From Octopus sinensis (lineage: Eukaryota), in assembly GCF_006345805.1 (NCBI RefSeq), contig NC_043016.1, positions 11,904,001 to 11,968,000 on the forward strand: a DNA stretch of 64,000 nucleotides. The letters are read 5' to 3'. The notes under the pieces were generated by a model that ran no database searches, was not told the DNA's origin, and saw only the letters and a program-made list of their open reading frames with translations. The first letter of the stretch is position 1. Every line of letters begins with the position of its first letter. Shown here piece by piece: positions 60,420 through 64,000 of this stretch. The position numbers were made by a program, and so were the translations under genes.

Positions 60420-62900
60420 CTCAGTTATAAACCTGCTGATTTAGCCTTCACACCTGTTAGTACCTCTTATTTCTTTTTACAGTCTTTTGTCCTATCATCC
60501 GCCCACAATTCCAGTAAACGTCTAAGATGTCATCATTCTAGTCTTCTTCTGTAAGTTAAAAGCAAGATGTTTCCAAGAATGCTTTTACACACCTGAAGAA
60601 ATTTAGCCATCCTGTAGCAATCAAAAGCATGGAGAGCTTCTTGTTTGAAGGAATTGCTTTTACTATGGTTCACATCTAACACCAGTATTTTACTGTCTGA
60701 TTTTGTGAAGATTATACATACAGCAAGATTCAATCTGCTTCTAAACAATCCTGCCACCATGTTGATTGACTCAGGCCAATAAGCTACATATACCACCACT
60801 TAGTTGTCAAAGATGGTCATAAATATGTCTGTTCTGAAACTCCAGGTTTCCTCAATAGCAACTACATTTATTGTCTAAGTGGCCTAAGGTCACTGACCAA
60901 GTGAACTTGCTTCTAAGCTGACTTGAAATCTCATATTTTTATACATCCTACTCCAAGTATGGCTACATTGATTGGCAAAAAGGAGGTCACTTGCTTTGTT
61001 CTTGAGGAAGCTTTGCTATGCTTTCTCCTTTTATCCATATTTTTCCTATGCAAGTTGTTCAATGTATTCCATCAACTCTCTCATGTATCTGCTTACAACA
61101 GTTAACTTAAGGGATGATGTTTCTTGTAAATCAGATTGTTGTTGTTGGTGTGTTTACAGTTTGGGCTGTTATTGTTGTGGTGGTGGTGGTGATGATGTGG
61201 ATGTTTGGCTAATTAATGGCCCCTCTGTCCTTTGTAGTTTGGCCTCTATTGTTTCTTTTCACTACAACAAAGACAGACTTGTGAACAACTTTTGCTTTGA
61301 CCTCATCATGATGAGGTTTCAAAATTTAGAGATCTGAAGTGTGTGAGATGATTGTAGTAGCGGGGATGGAGAGTTAAGTTTTCACATCTATACATGTACA
61401 TTTGTATTTTGCTGGGGAGAGAAGAACACTGTTGGGAAGAGATATTGTTATTGAGGTAGGTTCAGTCATTGTTGTTTTGGAAGTTCCTGCTTTATTGTTG
61501 CATTAGCACTAGGAAGGTTTTTTTTATCTCCCTTTGATATAGATAAAACCTTCCTAGCAGTCTCTCCTAAGGGCAGATTCTCTGCTGTTTGGTACTACCA
61601 CAGCACCTGGGTCTCCTGCTTGCTACATCTTTTATCTGATGTCCATTCATCAGATGAATGTGACTATGAACTGTTACAAACCCTACAGAAGTGAGTGTCA
61701 TTTTCAGCTCTAACCAGACCTTCAATTGGTTTTGAAGAACAGTTTGTGACCTTGATGATCTTTTCACTGGGTGATTGTATGGGTGTGGTCACATGTAGGA
61801 TGACAGCAAGGATGCATCTCTTAAAGGTGCATACTATCGTTGATAGTTTGCACCTTTATACCTCTTTCTCATTAATGCACATCGCAAGAACTGTCATAAA
61901 TAGCTGGTATTGGGTTATCTATATGCTTATTTTTATGATTAACATATACGGGATATGAAGAACATCTGTTTTGCTCCACATCATCTAATATCAGTGCCAG
62001 TAACTCAAATGTGATAATGCATGCATTTTATCTTCATCAGAATGGTTTGTTTCCATACCTGTGTGTGATCCAGCATGGTGACCTTTCTTAATGGTTAGAT
62101 CAGTGCTTTTCAACCTTTTTGCTGGAGCGGAACCCCAAGGAAACATTCCACTGGCTCGAGGAACCCCTGTGCAATAATTTAATAGTCTTATGCACACATA
62201 TCTGCACAGGAGAATTAAAAATTACTGCCAATTTTAGCAGTTTTGTAACTTCTTGCGGAACCCCTGGACTGTACTGGCGGAACCCTGGTTGAAAACCACT
62301 GGGTTAGATTTAAAAAAAAAAAACATTATTGTTTACCTATGCATTGGCAAGACTGCTGCTGAAGGTAGTAGCTATAGTGCTGTTAGTGGTGGATGTGCTA
62401 CTAAATCTGTCATTCTCCCCTTTTCCCTACTGAATTATTGTTGCTTTTACTTTAACCTCTGTATCGTTGTTAAAATTTCTTCACCTGCAGTATTATTACT
62501 GTTTGGTAGTTTCTAAGCTATTAAAATTCCTTTTCTCCTCTTGAGAGTTCTTGATGATGTTAGTGTTACTGCTGGTTGTATTGCTACTCATGTGAGACGC
62601 AAAGTCTTTGTTGGTGAAAACATCAACAACCATTTCATTTTGGCAAGCATATGTTTCAAGACAGATGATAACTTTACACAACTGTCATGGCTGCTTCCAA
62701 CCAACCCTTCTTTTTCAAACATCAAACAGGCAACTTCAAACAAAAATATTTGTCTACTGGCTGCACAGGACAAAGAAAACAACTGTGCTTCCCTTATAAA
62801 GGGAAGGTAGAGGGTCTTTTTCCAGAGATTGTCATAAACAGTTATAATCCAACTTTTGTCGAAGTTGGGTAAATTCTCAAAGTATCAATGTTTATAATTG
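60420..62900 (-). mobile_element. Decayed L1/Tx1-type LINE: ORF1 remnants and start of ORF2 APE endonuclease
   Basis: 60420-60960 reads VGCIK..KQVHLVSDLR..NVVAIEET..VAGLFR..ILVLDV; upstream degenerate Cys/His knuckle-like motifs (weaker). Confidence 0.55.
62101..62301. mobile_element. hAT (Charlie-type) MITE with 8-bp TSD
   Basis: TIR cagtgcttttcaacc / ggttgaaaaccactg; TSD ggttagat on both sides. Confidence 0.9.
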
Positions 62901-62919
62901 GAGCACTTATGATATCTTT

Positions 62920-63915
62920 TAACTTTTACTTGTTTCAGTCATTAGATTGTGGTGTGCTGGGGTATGACCTTGGGGGTTTTAAGTCAAATTAATCAACCCT
63001 CGTACTTTATTCTCTTTTAAGTTGGCTACTTATGCTATTGGTCTCTTTTACCAAACTGCTAAGTTACAGGGAGATAAACACATCCACAAACATATAAGTA
63101 CAATGGCTTCTTTCAGCTTCTGACTACCAAATCCACGCACAATGTTTCGATAGGAGTGAGGCTATAGTAGAAGAGACTTGCCCAAAGTGCCACACAGTGG
63201 GATCAAACGTGGAACCATGTGGTTGGGAAGCAAGCCTCTTACCGCACCTGCACTTATATGATGATGATAATAAGGCGGCGAGCTGGCAGAAACGTTAGCA
63301 TGCTGGGCAAAATGCTTAGTGGTATTTTGTGTGCTGCTACGTTCTGAGTTCAAATTTCACCGAGGTCGACTTTGCCTTTCATCCTTTCGGGGTCGATAAA
63401 TTAAGTACCAGTTACATACTAGGGTCGATGTAATTGACTTAATCCCTTTGTTTGTCCCCTCTATGCTTAGCCCCTTGTGGGCAATAAAAAAACAACTTTC
63501 TACTATAGGCATATGGCCTGAAATTTTGGGGGAGGGTTTAAATATATAAACACGACTGGCTTTCAGCTTCTGTCTACCAAATCCACTCACAAAGCTTTGG
63601 TCAACCTGAGGTTATAGTAGAAGACACTTGCCCAAGGTGCCACATAGTAGGACTGAACCTGGAACCATGTGGTTGAAAAACAAGCTTCTTATCACCTGCA
63701 CTTATATGATGATGGTGATAGTTCTTTCTACTGTGGGCATAAGGCCTGAAATTTTTGGGGCAAGGGGTTAGTCGATTATACTGACAATTCACTGGCACTT
63801 ATCTTGCCGACATTGAAAGAACAAAAGACAAGGTTGACCTAGGCAGCATTTAAACTCCGAGCAGAAAGAGCTAGAAGAAAGGCCACTAAGCATTTTGCTG
63901 GATATATTAACAGTT
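62920..63915. mobile_element. Cluster of family A (minus) and family B (63273-63535 plus; about 63725-63915 minus) SINE pieces
   Basis: motifs as in the other copies; local duplication of cacctgcacttatatgatgat. Confidence 0.75.
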
Positions 63916-64000
63916 CTACCAGCTCACTACTGGCATAATAATAATAATACTGTCTGTCTGAGGTCCTTGTTGTGACTTGAAAAACAGTACAAACCCCTGG

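Overview
AT-rich, gene-free, repeat-dominated eukaryotic DNA. The SINE, RTE and microsatellite repertoire looks like an Octopus (cephalopod) genome; this is inference from pattern recognition, not a database result. No intact host gene is supported, and most listed ORFs are microsatellite or antisense-repeat artefacts. Recognisable content: many RTE LINE fragments, two tRNA-derived SINE families (CORE-like and Meta-domain), R4/Dong-type retrotransposons in (TAA)n, a decayed L1/Tx1 element, a rearranged Gypsy remnant, a Penelope-like RT end, non-autonomous Helitrons (one a 3.3 kb read-through composite), TTAA/hAT/PIF MITEs, two decayed hAT transposase copies and a 93-bp satellite built from a SINE tail. 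The most notable signal is about ten hammerhead-ribozyme (HHR) motifs on short, mostly microsatellite-associated, Penelope-like non-autonomous elements from several families. They include one clean canonical type I HHR (32636-32690), non-canonical cores (G3-C8 swap, U3-A8, A6U), a type II permutation and an extended stem II, several in head-to-head inverted arrangements. All folds and alignments were read by eye; repeat boundaries are approximate unless a TSD is given.
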